A DNA stretch of 64,000 nt, taken from contig OZ244071.1 of assembly GCA_965215555.1 (NCBI GenBank), positions 267,778-331,777 on the forward strand, written 5' to 3'. This DNA comes from Dehalococcoidia bacterium. Its GTDB lineage: Bacteria > Chloroflexota > Dehalococcoidia > Bin125. The notes below the pieces were generated by a model. That model made no database searches, was not told the origin of the DNA, and saw only the letters and a list, made by a program, of their open reading frames with translations. The translations under genes and the position numbers were made by a program. The stretch's first letter is position 1; every line of letters begins with the position of its first letter. Of the stretch, positions 35,334-45,041 are shown one piece after another.

Positions 35334-36271
35334 GCCGGGTCGCGGTACTGGCTGGTGGCGTGGGAGCTGCGAGGTTTCTTGACGGTCTGGTCAGAGTCGT
35401 TCCGCCAACAGACGTCACGGCCATCGTGAATGTTGGCGATGACATGGAGTGGTCTGGTTTACACATCTCCCCAGACCTCGACACGGTCACCTACACATTG
35501 GCCGATCTCGTCAATCCGGAGACCGGCTGGGGCCTGCGTGGCGAATCTCGCCGGACGCTGGACCGGCTGTCGGAACTGGGTGGTCCAGACTGGTTCATGA
35601 TTGGTGACCTCGATCTGGCCACGCATCTGTATCGGACACATCGGCTGTCGCAGGGCGACCGGCTCTCAGCGATTACCCAGGACTTGACTCGCCGACTCGG
35701 TCTGGAACTGGCGATCACTCCGGTCACCGATGATCGGTTGCGGACTGTTGTACAGACCGATTCGGGCGAGCTGGCGTTTCAGGACTACTTCGTCAGACGC
35801 CGTGCGGCTGATCCGGTTCACGCCCTGCGATTCGATGGCGCAACAAGCTCCAGTCCCGCGCCGGGCGTGATTGATTCTCTGCAGGAGGCCGACGTTATCG
35901 TCATCGCTCCGTCGAATCCGTTCCTTAGCATCGACCCGCTGCTCAGCGTTCCAGGCGTACGCGACGCGGTGACGTCGAGTGCGGCGCCTGTGGTTGCGAT
36001 TAGTCCGATCATCGGGGGTCAGGCTGTCAAGGGTCCGGCGGCCGACATCTTGCAGTCCCTTGGCCACGATGTGTCAGCCCTGGGCGTAGCACGAATCTAT
36101 GGCTCGCTGGCCGATGTATTCATTCTGGACGAGGAAGACGCATCGCTGGCGTCCGAGATTGAAGCGGAAACGGGGATGCGCGTTGTCGTGATGGCGACAC
36201 TGATGAGTGACTTGGAGGCGAAGAAGGCGTTGGCAACGGGCACACTACAGGCGGCGCTCGATGCCGCCTAG
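35330..36271 (+). CDS. cofD: 2-phospho-L-lactate transferase (F420 biosynthesis)
   Basis: 'MSRVAVLAGGVGAARFL' and the CofD/UPF0052 fold. Confidence 0.8.
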   Translation: MSRVAVLAGGVGAARFLDGLVRVVPPTDVTAIVNVGDDMEWSGLHISPDLDTVTYTLADLVNPETGWGLRGESRRTLDRLSELGGPDWFMIGDLDLATHLYRTHRLSQGDRLSAITQDLTRRLGLELAITPVTDDRLRTVVQTDSGELAFQDYFVRRRAADPVHALRFDGATSSSPAPGVIDSLQEADVIVIAPSNPFLSIDPLLSVPGVRDAVTSSAAPVVAISPIIGGQAVKGPAADILQSLGHDVSALGVARIYGSLADVFILDEEDASLASEIEAETGMRVVVMATLMSDLEAKKALATGTLQAALDAA

Positions 36272-36968
36272 CAACATGCTGGCCAACAAGCTGGACGTGG
36301 TTGCGGTTGTTCCGGTTCGCGGCCTTCCTGCCGGCAAGCGTCGGTTGGCGGCGCTGTTGGATGTCGATGATCGCAACGCGCTGGTGCTGGCGATGCTGGA
36401 TGACGTCGTCGCGGCGCTCGTAGCGGCTGAGTCGATTGATCGGGTGGTGATTGCCTCGCGGGACTCGGAAGCTCGGGACGAAGCGGCGCGGCTGAACGTG
36501 GGTTTCCTCGATCAAACCGAACTGCGCCTGGGCTACAACCGCGCGGTCTCGTTTGCGCAGGAAGCACTGTCGGACGCTGGCGCGCTGCTGATCGTGCCGG
36601 CTGATGTGCCGCTGATTACGCCGGATGCAGTGGACCTGGCGGTGTCATCTGCGCCTGACGGCCCGGCGGTCGTCGTGGCGCCAGCACATAACGGCGGGAC
36701 GAATGGTCTGTTTCTGCGACCGCCGGATGTCATCGCGCCGCAGTTTGGTCCATCGTCTGCTCGTGCGCATGCGCAGTCGGCGGCAGCGGCAGGTGAAGCC
36801 GGGGTTCCGTTCAGGGAGGCGCGGATCGACGTGTGGGCATTCGATCTTGACACCCCGACCGATCTGCAGTGGCTCCAGGAGGTGCTGCCGGAGTTGCCTC
36901 AGGAGATTGCGCCGAACACCCGACGCTGGCTGGCGGCACATGTCGAGGGGACAGGCACTGCGACGTAG
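36261..36968 (+). CDS. cofC: 2-phospho-L-lactate guanylyltransferase (F420 biosynthesis)
   Basis: 'VAVVPVRGLPAGKRRLA' nucleotidyltransferase motif. Overlaps the cofD end. Confidence 0.7.
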   Translation: MPPSNMLANKLDVVAVVPVRGLPAGKRRLAALLDVDDRNALVLAMLDDVVAALVAAESIDRVVIASRDSEARDEAARLNVGFLDQTELRLGYNRAVSFAQEALSDAGALLIVPADVPLITPDAVDLAVSSAPDGPAVVVAPAHNGGTNGLFLRPPDVIAPQFGPSSARAHAQSAAAAGEAGVPFREARIDVWAFDLDTPTDLQWLQEVLPELPQEIAPNTRRWLAAHVEGTGTAT

Positions 36969-37026
36969 GCTGGGCGACTTCACACACACCCTGGAAGGCG
37001 AAAGGCTACAAGCAATCGATGCTCTT

Positions 37027-37160
37027 TGGCCTGTTGGATTCGGTGGAACCACTCCGTCATACCCGCGCTTGGCGTGGGTATCTCGCTGAATTACTCACGG
37101 ACGATTGTGCTGGACGCGGCGAGATTGCCGCGACGGAGCGCGGCAATGACGGAATAGAGG
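37027..37160 (+). repeat. Structured intergenic repeat, copy C
   Basis: GGCCTGTT...CCGTCATACCCGCGCTTGGCGTGGGTATCTCGCTG...CGGCGAGATTGCC...GCGGCAATGACGGAAT. Lies between convergent genes (cofC + and acyl-CoA dehydrogenase -). Confidence 0.75.
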
Positions 37161-37181
37161 ACAGGGTTTACATCAATCTCC

Positions 37182-38348
37182 CTATGCGCGGGGCAGGCCG
37201 AAGCCTCGCTGGGCAATGATGTTTCTTTGCAGTTCGTTTCCTCCGGCTCCGAAGGTTGGCATGACTGCGGCGAGGTAGCCGTTTTCGGATGAGCCGCCGA
37301 TTGGCGCTCTCGAGTCGTTGCCGTTGAGCTGTCCGTAGAGTCCCATGGCGTGCAGTGAGAAGTTCTGCAGGCGCTGCATCATCTCGGTGGAGAAGATCTT
37401 GACCTGGCTGGCCTCGTAGTTGGGCGACTCTTCGCGCTTGAGCATGTCGAGGATGCGGAAGCTCAGGTGTTGCAGGACTTCGAGCTGCACCTTGAACTCG
37501 GCCATCGTCCCCTTGATGCCGGCATCGTCGATTGGGCGGCCCATCGGTGTGTCGGACTTGGCCCATTCGATCAGGTTGTCGTACACGGCCCGCACGGATG
37601 AGACGGTGAAGATCGAAATCCGTTCGCGGTCGAGCGCGTGCGCAGCGTAGTACCAACCGCGGTTCTCTTCTCCGACGAGGACGTTCGTCGGGACGCGCAC
37701 GTCTTCGAAGTACACCTCGTTGGTTCGGTAGCCGGCCATCGTCCAGAGCGGCTTGACCGTGATGCCGGGCGACTTCATGTCAACCAACATCATCGAGACG
37801 CCACGGTGCTTGGGCGCGTCCGGGTCAGTCCGAGTGGCGAGCCAGACATATTCGCTGCGATGGGCTCCAGAGGTGAAGCGCTTGATTCCGTTGAGGATGT
37901 AGTCATCGCCATCTTTGATGGCGCGAAGCTGCAGAGAGGCGAGGTCGGAACCGGCGTCGGGCTCTGTGTAGCCGAGGGCGAATTCGACTTCTCCGCGCGC
38001 GATCGGCGGGAGGAAGCGTTCCTGCTGCTCGTCGGTGCCGAATCGCATCAGCGTCGGGCCGACCTGCTGCGTGGCGACCGTCGCCTGCGGCGCTCCGGCG
38101 TAGTTCATCGCCTCCCAGAAGAGGTACTGCTCTTCTAGAGAGCGTTCTTGTCCGCCATACTCGGCCGGCCAGGACATCGTCAGCCATCCACGCTCAGCCA
38201 GCAGCCTTCGGAAGCCGCGTTCTTCGTCCATCGTATCCGTGGTCGGATCGCCGATGGTCGCCCTGAGTTCGGCGGTCCATGACTGGTCGAGAAACTCGTT
38301 GACTTCGGTTTCGAAGGCGAGTGCCTTGTCGCTGAATCGATATTCCAT
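37182..38348 (-). CDS. Acyl-CoA dehydrogenase family protein
   Basis: 388 aa with the ACAD fold, for example 'GYTEPDAGSDLASL'. Confidence 0.8.
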   Translation of the reverse strand: MEYRFSDKALAFETEVNEFLDQSWTAELRATIGDPTTDTMDEERGFRRLLAERGWLTMSWPAEYGGQERSLEEQYLFWEAMNYAGAPQATVATQQVGPTLMRFGTDEQQERFLPPIARGEVEFALGYTEPDAGSDLASLQLRAIKDGDDYILNGIKRFTSGAHRSEYVWLATRTDPDAPKHRGVSMMLVDMKSPGITVKPLWTMAGYRTNEVYFEDVRVPTNVLVGEENRGWYYAAHALDRERISIFTVSSVRAVYDNLIEWAKSDTPMGRPIDDAGIKGTMAEFKVQLEVLQHLSFRILDMLKREESPNYEASQVKIFSTEMMQRLQNFSLHAMGLYGQLNGNDSRAPIGGSSENGYLAAVMPTFGAGGNELQRNIIAQRGFGLPRA

Positions 38349-38406
38349 GGTGGAGACTCCCTCGGCTGGGATGCTTGGTTCTGAGTGGATTCGAGTTGGT
38401 TGAATG

Positions 38407-39804
38407 TTATCGCAGGCTCGAGAGGGCTTTGTTCGGCGCGGTACGAACGATGAACGTCGCCGCGCCGTTAAGCACTTTGCGCGCAGTGGCGGGCGCGGTG
38501 GTCACAAAGGACTCCGGCGGGTGTTGCGGGACTCGGGCGCGGAGGATGACCGGGCGGAGCAGGATGATCGCAGCGAGCAACACGATCACGGCGTAGGACA
38601 TTGGCGGGAACAGGGTTTCCATTGTCAGGGTCTGGGCGACGGCGCCGAGCGGCAGGCCGACAGCCTGGGCGATGCCCATGCCGAGGAAGACCAGTCCCAT
38701 AATCCGGCCACGCATCTCGTTGGGGGTCTCGTAGGCGAGGGTCGCATTGGCCGAGACCATGGCGATTGACATTCCGACACCGAGCAGCAGGTTGCCCATC
38801 ATGGCGTTGACGACGGTCGGCGGGTTTGTGAAGACCACGAATCCGAGTGCCATGACCATGACGCCGAGCGCAGTCAGGAGGCCCTTGCGCTCGATCCAGG
38901 AGAAGCGGACGAGGAAGAGTGAGGCGATCATGGCTCCGCCGCCCCAGAAGACGGCGATGTAGCTGAACTCCGACCAGGTGGCGCCGACGACGGTGGTGAC
39001 CCACTGCGGCCCGAGCGTGCCGGTGGGCGGCATGATCAGCGACATCATCATGACGACGATGAACACGGTCCAGAGAATGACGGGTTTGGAGCGCGCGTAG
39101 CGCAGGCCGGCACCGATGTCGCGGAGGGCCTGTCCAGGTCCTTGACCGCGTCTGGCTGCCATGTGCGCAGCGGAGAATACGGTGCGGTAGGACATCATCG
39201 CCAGGACGAGGACCTCGCCGAAATGTCCGAATGAGGAGATGGCGAATACCGCTCCGTGGCCCAGGTGATCGATCATCAGGCCGGAGGCGAAGATCGCTAT
39301 CGGCATGGCGAATTGCATCGCGGCCGAGTTCAGAGCGATGCCCGCCGGGGTCAGTCGTGGCCCCAGGATTTCTGGGGTGATTGCGTTTCTGGTGGGTCCG
39401 TCGATGGCATGGGCCGATGAGGCGATGATGGTCAGCGCGAAGAAGAGGATGATGTCCGTAGACGTGCCTGAACCAGTCCACATGACGACCGCAATGAGAA
39501 TGTTGGAGACAAATGCAATCGCCTGAGTGACCATCAGCAGTCGGCGGCGGTCGAAGCGATCGGCGAGCGCCCCGCCGAAGAGACCGAAGCCGATCATCCC
39601 GATGCCGCGAATTGTGCCGATTGCGCCGACCATGATGATCTCGACGCTGTCGTCGGCGACAAACTGTATCCAGGCGATTGAGGCGACGAACTGCAACGGC
39701 ATCATCGATTGGCCGACGATGAAACCGGTCAAGAGCAGTCGGAACTCTCGTATTCTGAGCGGTTCCGTCATGCCGGGTCGCGTAGGTGGCGACTGTGCGC
39801 TCAT
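38407..39804 (-). CDS. MFS transporter
   Basis: 12-14 TM helices and MFS signature 'GALADRFDRRRLL'. Confidence 0.75.
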   Translation of the reverse strand: MSAQSPPTRPGMTEPLRIREFRLLLTGFIVGQSMMPLQFVASIAWIQFVADDSVEIIMVGAIGTIRGIGMIGFGLFGGALADRFDRRRLLMVTQAIAFVSNILIAVVMWTGSGTSTDIILFFALTIIASSAHAIDGPTRNAITPEILGPRLTPAGIALNSAAMQFAMPIAIFASGLMIDHLGHGAVFAISSFGHFGEVLVLAMMSYRTVFSAAHMAARRGQGPGQALRDIGAGLRYARSKPVILWTVFIVVMMMSLIMPPTGTLGPQWVTTVVGATWSEFSYIAVFWGGGAMIASLFLVRFSWIERKGLLTALGVMVMALGFVVFTNPPTVVNAMMGNLLLGVGMSIAMVSANATLAYETPNEMRGRIMGLVFLGMGIAQAVGLPLGAVAQTLTMETLFPPMSYAVIVLLAAIILLRPVILRARVPQHPPESFVTTAPATARKVLNGAATFIVRTAPNKALSSLR

Positions 39805-40436
39805 GTCGATAGTTTCGCCGCTTCGAGGACCGTGTGTCGCGGCCCTTGATGAACTTTCGCGACCTGATCGGCTCCGAAGATCATGGCCAGACGTCGCTGT
39901 AGATAACGGCGCAATCCATTGACTGCCACCACGACGAGCGAGCCACCGTCGGCCAATGCATCGTGTGCCTCGAGCAATAGCTGATCGAGGGCGTCATTGC
40001 CGGCCTGTGCGGGCAGGTTGGACACCACGAGTTCGTAGGTTCCGATGGATTGACTGGGCAGGTCGCGAATGCCGTCGCTGAGCGTCGCTGTGGTGTTACT
40101 CAAGTGATTTCGTGCCGCGTTGTCGTTCGCGGCTTCAACGGCGCGGATGTCTGTGTCGACCATATCGATCTTCGAATCAGGCCAGCGGGCGGCCAACGTC
40201 AGTCCGATTGCACCGTAACCGCATCCAAGGTCGAGGATTCGCGGCATCGGCGAAAGTTGATTGAGTTCTCGGAGCAGTAAAGCGGTGCCTTCATCGAGCG
40301 CTCGGGCGGAAAACAGTCCGTGCCGGGTCACGAGTTCGAGCTGCTGGTCGCCGATCTCGATGGTCACGCGAGGCTGCGTTGCGAGATGTTCCCGCAAGTG
40401 GTCGAGCCGGGCGGGTTCGACACGGGGCAAGGTCAC
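39801..40436 (-). CDS. Class I SAM-dependent methyltransferase (RsmC/RlmG-like small MTase domain)
   Basis: 'ILDLGCGYGAIGL' motif I and the 'NLP' (NPPY-like) motif. Confidence 0.7.
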   Translation of the reverse strand: MTLPRVEPARLDHLREHLATQPRVTIEIGDQQLELVTRHGLFSARALDEGTALLLRELNQLSPMPRILDLGCGYGAIGLTLAARWPDSKIDMVDTDIRAVEAANDNAARNHLSNTTATLSDGIRDLPSQSIGTYELVVSNLPAQAGNDALDQLLLEAHDALADGGSLVVVAVNGLRRYLQRRLAMIFGADQVAKVHQGPRHTVLEAAKLST

Positions 40437-41524
40437 AACGGATCGATTCGTGCGGACACTGGAGTGAAGTCGTCCATGTGCTCAGGGTCCATCCTGCGGA
40501 CGATCCCCGGGTAGATGCCGGTGCGCTTTCCGGCGGTCGATCCGGCGACGGCGATTTGGATGTGCGAGGGATGGGCAACCTTCGACATTGGACGATTGAG
40601 GTCTGCTTCGGTGATTCCCTCTCGCTTGAGAGTGGGCTGGGTGATGCCTCCACCGACTCGGTCGGTGGCGAGACGATCGCGGATCGGTCGTGCCGTGAGT
40701 TCCATGATCGCTTCTCGGACATTGGCTTTGGACCAACCGTCCTGACGAAAGACACCAGCATGCTCGGGACTGATCACCAGCATGGACGGGCCGATCTGTC
40801 CGTTGGGGCTGAAGATGCCGTCAAATCCCATCGCCAGGGAGCCGACGAGCGCTCTTGCTGTGCGGCTGTACTCGTCGACGCAGACTCGAGGTCCGCCGAT
40901 CACGGGCAGGAGCGTGACGACGCTGTCGTCGGGCTGGTAGCCGTACTCGACGTGCAGCGGTTGCCAGGGCGAGGCATCCTCGTGCTCTGCAAAGGTCAGC
41001 GTGAACTTGTGCGCGCCGCCCTGGACGGTCTGGTCGATTTCGCCCTCTCGAGCGCCGCCGATGTTGCGCAAGACCAGCCGCAAGGCTCGGCCGATGGTCA
41101 TGTTGGCGCGATTGCCCTGTCCCAGTGCGTTGAGCCCCCAGTTCATCCTGATCTGCTCGCGAACCGGGCCATTGACAATGACCATGGGCGAAATGCCGTC
41201 TGTACTGGCGACCGTCCCGTGTAAGGGAAACTGGCCACCGGCGGCAGCAGCAACGGCGGCGATGATGGCCGGAAAGAATGTTGGCGATGCTCCGGCCATG
41301 ACTGCGTTGATCGCGATTTTCTCGACCGTGGCCGGCGCGTAGTTTGGCGGGATCTTGCCAATCACTTGTTCAGGAGAGCGATTTGTGTTGGCCAACATGC
41401 GCTCGACCCGTTCGCGAGTTGGAGGGACAACTGGTAGGCCGTCGGTCACACGCTGGTCGAAGAGGAACTCGTAGATGTCGTCGTGGTCGGCGACGTCAAT
41501 GGTGCGCGAGCCAAGGTTGATCAT
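40433..41524 (-). CDS. Uncharacterised conserved protein, family X copy 1 (selenoprotein-locus paralog)
   Basis: Start ATG 41524 (MINLGSRTIDVADHDDIYEFLFDQRVTDGLPVVPPTRERV...). Shared motifs 'INAVMAG', 'LHGT', 'GQGNRAN..GRALRL..RNIGG', 'QGG.HK'. Confidence 0.55.
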   Translation of the reverse strand: MINLGSRTIDVADHDDIYEFLFDQRVTDGLPVVPPTRERVERMLANTNRSPEQVIGKIPPNYAPATVEKIAINAVMAGASPTFFPAIIAAVAAAAGGQFPLHGTVASTDGISPMVIVNGPVREQIRMNWGLNALGQGNRANMTIGRALRLVLRNIGGAREGEIDQTVQGGAHKFTLTFAEHEDASPWQPLHVEYGYQPDDSVVTLLPVIGGPRVCVDEYSRTARALVGSLAMGFDGIFSPNGQIGPSMLVISPEHAGVFRQDGWSKANVREAIMELTARPIRDRLATDRVGGGITQPTLKREGITEADLNRPMSKVAHPSHIQIAVAGSTAGKRTGIYPGIVRRMDPEHMDDFTPVSARIDPL

Positions 41525-42630
41525 GAACGAACAAGGGCGGACGGGGGCACGAACGTGGGCGCAGGCGCTAGGGGATTGCCGTCGCCGAAGATGCCCTGGT
41601 AGATGCTGGTCCACTTGCCGGCGTGGCTGCCGGCAACGGTGATCTGAATGAACGAGGGATCGGCCACTTTCGACATGAGCATATCGAGTTGATCTTCGGT
41701 CAGACCGTGCTGTTCGGGCAGGTATTCATTGATGCCGCCACCCATGCTTGGTGTGGCCAGACGCTCGCGGAGCGGGAGCGCGGTGAACTCCATGATCGCT
41801 TCGCGGATGTTGTCTTTTGACCAGCCGTCGGCGCGATAGACATCAGCGTGTTCGGGACTGATCACGAACATCGTGGGTGAGACCTGACCTCGCGGCTTGA
41901 CCACCTGCTGGAAGGCCATGGCGATCGATCCGGTCAGCGCTCTCCCGTTGCGACTGGTCTGATCAATACAGACTCGGGGACCGCCGGTGATTGGGATCAG
42001 CGAGACGACACTGTCGTCGGGTTCGTAGCCATGCTCCACGTGGAATGGTTCCCAGGGCGAGTAGTCTTCGTCCTCCGCATAACTGAGCGTCCACTTGTGG
42101 CCGCCACCCTGGATGGCCTGTTCGATCTCGCCGGGCACGGCTCCGCCGATGTTGCGCAGCATCAGGCGGAGTGCGCGTCCGAGAGTTGAGTTGGCTCGGT
42201 TGCCCTGGCCGAGGGCGTTGAGACCCCAGTTCATGCCGATCTGCTCGCGGACTGGTCCGTTGACCAACATCATCGGGGCGAGTCCGGCCGTCGTGGCGAT
42301 TGACCCGTGTAGGGGAAACTGCCCCCCGGCGGCGGCTTCGACGGAAGCCAGGACTGTCGGGAAGAACTGGGGACTGCAGCCAGCCATGACGGCGTTGATG
42401 GCTGCCTTCTCGACGCTCATCGGCGCCGTGTTGGGCGGCAGCGTCGCAACGATCTTCTGAGGATCACTCCAGTGCTCTGGAGCGCAGGCGAGCATACGGT
42501 CGACACGCTCACGAGTGGGCGGGATGACGGGCAGGCCGTCGGTGATTCCCTGGGCGAACATGAACTCGTAGACATCGTCATGCTCGGCGATTTCGATGAT
42601 CCGAGAGTAGAAGTCGGTTTCGCCGGGCAC
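41521..42630 (-). CDS. Uncharacterised conserved protein, family X copy 2
   Basis: 'DDVYEFMFAQGITDGLPVIPPTRERVDRML...' Its stop overlaps the copy-1 start (ATGA). Confidence 0.55.
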   Translation of the reverse strand: MPGETDFYSRIIEIAEHDDVYEFMFAQGITDGLPVIPPTRERVDRMLACAPEHWSDPQKIVATLPPNTAPMSVEKAAINAVMAGCSPQFFPTVLASVEAAAGGQFPLHGSIATTAGLAPMMLVNGPVREQIGMNWGLNALGQGNRANSTLGRALRLMLRNIGGAVPGEIEQAIQGGGHKWTLSYAEDEDYSPWEPFHVEHGYEPDDSVVSLIPITGGPRVCIDQTSRNGRALTGSIAMAFQQVVKPRGQVSPTMFVISPEHADVYRADGWSKDNIREAIMEFTALPLRERLATPSMGGGINEYLPEQHGLTEDQLDMLMSKVADPSFIQITVAGSHAGKWTSIYQGIFGDGNPLAPAPTFVPPSALVRS

Positions 42631-42752
42631 GGCATTGCCTTGTCGATTGGGTGCGGCCCCTCGGTCCAGGGGAACGCCCTCACCCTTACCCTCTCCCAGC
42701 GGGAGAGGGGATTGAATAGATTCGGGGGCTCTCAGCAGAGGCGGTCTGAGAG

Positions 42753-43283
42753 CTATTCGACGGGCGCCATCAAGGTGTCGAGGATTTCGTCGACGAAGCG
42801 TTCGGCGTGTTCGTGCATCTCGGCGTCGGTGCGGTCCTGCATCGGATGCGGGATGAAGACGCGACGCACTTCTTCAAGTCCGAGACGCTCAGCCTGATGG
42901 CTGGCGGCTTTGATGAACTCGGAAGTCGCAATGAAGACGCTGGGCTTGCCCTGCAGTTCGAAGAAAACGGTGTCGTGCACACTGCACGTCGTGCAGGATC
43001 CTCAATCAGCGAGCGCTTCGATGACGAAGTCGCACTCCTCCAGGATGGCATCTTTGATCGGTTGCGGGGCCGGCTTGGCGACGGTCGGCTTCATGAAGCG
43101 TCGGGTCTCGACGCCGGGCGCACGCTCGTGGAGGAGCTGCTCGAGTCGGTCGAGGAAGACGTTGCCACGCGGCTTGGAGATGTCGAGCAGGGCGATCGTC
43201 CCATGCAGCGCTTCCGGGCGCGGCGTGAGAGAGCGCTTGATCGGCACTCGTTCGTCGGTTGGATCAAGGATCTGGGTAACCAT
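42753..43283 (-). CDS. Putative selenoprotein with in-frame UGA (Sec) followed by G-S-C, a UGSC-type motif
   Basis: Two listed ORFs (43002..43283 and 42753..42980) are in the same frame, separated by a single TGA at 43002..43004. The product reads ...DFVIEALAD-U-GSCTTCSVHDTVFFELQGKP.... The run CUGCACGACGUGCAG just 3' of the UGA can fold into a stem-loop. Confidence 0.6.
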
Positions 43284-43364
43284 TGGACCTCTCCATCAAC
43301 GCGCTCGGTGCAGGGTCTGGCGCGTTGTGTGTTTGTTGACAGTCTACTCGTTGCAACTGATGAC

Positions 43365-45041
43365 TTAGGGTTTGCGGACGCTCGGTTCGAACGCGCCGAG
43401 TCTGGGTCCGCCAGCGGGACTCTTGCTGTTGCCGGTGCGTCGCGGCCTGATTTCGGTCGCGCCGTTGGGACCGATATTGGCGCTGGTTGCGGTGGAATAC
43501 ACGCCGGTTGCCCAGCCGCCAAGGATGGTGGAGAACTTCGCCGCGGACGATCCGGCGACGACGAGGATGATGTTCGACTTGTCCTGGAATTTGGCGACGG
43601 GGTGGTCGAGCGCTGCTTCGCCCCCGAATCGCTCGACGACGCTGGGCGGCAGGCCGCAACCGGCATCGTCAGAGCGGAGACGGTACTTGAGCGGGATGGA
43701 TGTCTCTTCCATGATGCACTCGCGCACGTCGTCTTTGGACCAGCCTGAGCGTCCGAAGATGCCTGCGTGGTCGGGGGAGAGGACGACGAGGGTGTCGACC
43801 ATCGGCGACTTTGGGTCTTGCATGCAGCTCATCGAAGCGGCGAGCGTGCCGGCCATGCCTCGCCCGTCTCGGGAGCGTTCGTCGGCGATGGTGGCTGGGC
43901 CACCGGACATCGCCGTCAGCGTGGCGACATCGTCGGTGGGATCGAAACCGAGCTCAACGGCGAGCGATTCCCAGGGGCTGGCGTCCTCGTTCTCGGCGAA
44001 GTTCATCGTCAGACGGTGCGGGCCGCCCTGTGTGGCTCGATCGGTACCGCCAGGGATGCTGCCACCGACATTTCGCACGCACAGTCGCAGAGCCCTGCCG
44101 ATGGCTGCGTTGGCTCGGTTGCCGGATCCCAACGCTCCGTGGAGGTAGTTCATCCCGATTCGGTCTCGAATCGGTCCGTTGAAGATGCCGACGGGCGTGG
44201 CGCCCATCGTGGTCGCGAGCACGCCGTGGACGTTGAAGCTGTCGGTGCAGGCGATCTCGATCAGCGCGATGATCGAGGGCATGTACACGGGCTTGGCTCC
44301 GGCCATGACTGCGTTGATCGCAATCTTCTCGACTGTGATCGGCGCGAGATTGGGCGGGACGACCGCGACCTCCTCCTGAGGGTCGCGCGGAGTGCCTTGC
44401 AGCATTTTCCAAACGCGCTCGCGCGTCGGCGGCACGACGGGGAAGCCGTCGGTGTAGCCCTGCTCGTACATGAAGTCGTGAATGTCGTCGCTGGACGCCA
44501 AGTCAACGAGGCGCGAGAGCAGGTCGCCGCTCTTGATCGCTTGCAGCCGTTCGTAAACGCCCGGCTCGTAGTTGCGTGCGCCGCATCCGGGTCGCTGGAC
44601 GGGGAGCGCATCCCAATCGATGTCGGTGTCGCCATCGGGTCGGCCGGCGAGCGCCATCGACTCTTTGGCGATTTCGTGCCACTCGTGCCTGTCGAAGCCG
44701 AACGTCTGCAGGGTGCAGTTCTGTTCTTCGTCGTACAGGAACAGCGTCGGCACGGTGTCGATATCCGTCTCGTAGGACAGATCGAGCGCGTCGTCGTCCA
44801 GCAACGGCATTGTCAGGTCGTGACGGTCCTTGAGGACGGGGATGTCCTCGGTCTTCTGTACGGCGACCCAGACATCGAGTCCGTCGTCAGTGGCTCGGTG
44901 GACTGCCTCGAGCAGCGGCAGGGTGAGGTTGCAGGTATCGCAGTCTTCTTTGACCAGCGCCAGCAGGACGGGGCCCTGCGGCGGGAACTGCATTTCCTGA
45001 CCGTTGGCGTTTTGGAGGGAGAATTTAGTAGGTGGATGCAT
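43365..45041 (-). CDS. Thioredoxin-like (CxxC) domain fused to family X copy 3
   Basis: N-terminal ~150 aa has a thioredoxin-like fold with 'CDTC'. The remainder aligns to copies 1 and 2 ('YTDGFPVVPPTRERV', 'INAVMAG', 'GSGNRANAAIGRALRL'). Confidence 0.6.
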   Translation of the reverse strand: MHPPTKFSLQNANGQEMQFPPQGPVLLALVKEDCDTCNLTLPLLEAVHRATDDGLDVWVAVQKTEDIPVLKDRHDLTMPLLDDDALDLSYETDIDTVPTLFLYDEEQNCTLQTFGFDRHEWHEIAKESMALAGRPDGDTDIDWDALPVQRPGCGARNYEPGVYERLQAIKSGDLLSRLVDLASSDDIHDFMYEQGYTDGFPVVPPTRERVWKMLQGTPRDPQEEVAVVPPNLAPITVEKIAINAVMAGAKPVYMPSIIALIEIACTDSFNVHGVLATTMGATPVGIFNGPIRDRIGMNYLHGALGSGNRANAAIGRALRLCVRNVGGSIPGGTDRATQGGPHRLTMNFAENEDASPWESLAVELGFDPTDDVATLTAMSGGPATIADERSRDGRGMAGTLAASMSCMQDPKSPMVDTLVVLSPDHAGIFGRSGWSKDDVRECIMEETSIPLKYRLRSDDAGCGLPPSVVERFGGEAALDHPVAKFQDKSNIILVVAGSSAAKFSTILGGWATGVYSTATSANIGPNGATEIRPRRTGNSKSPAGGPRLGAFEPSVRKP

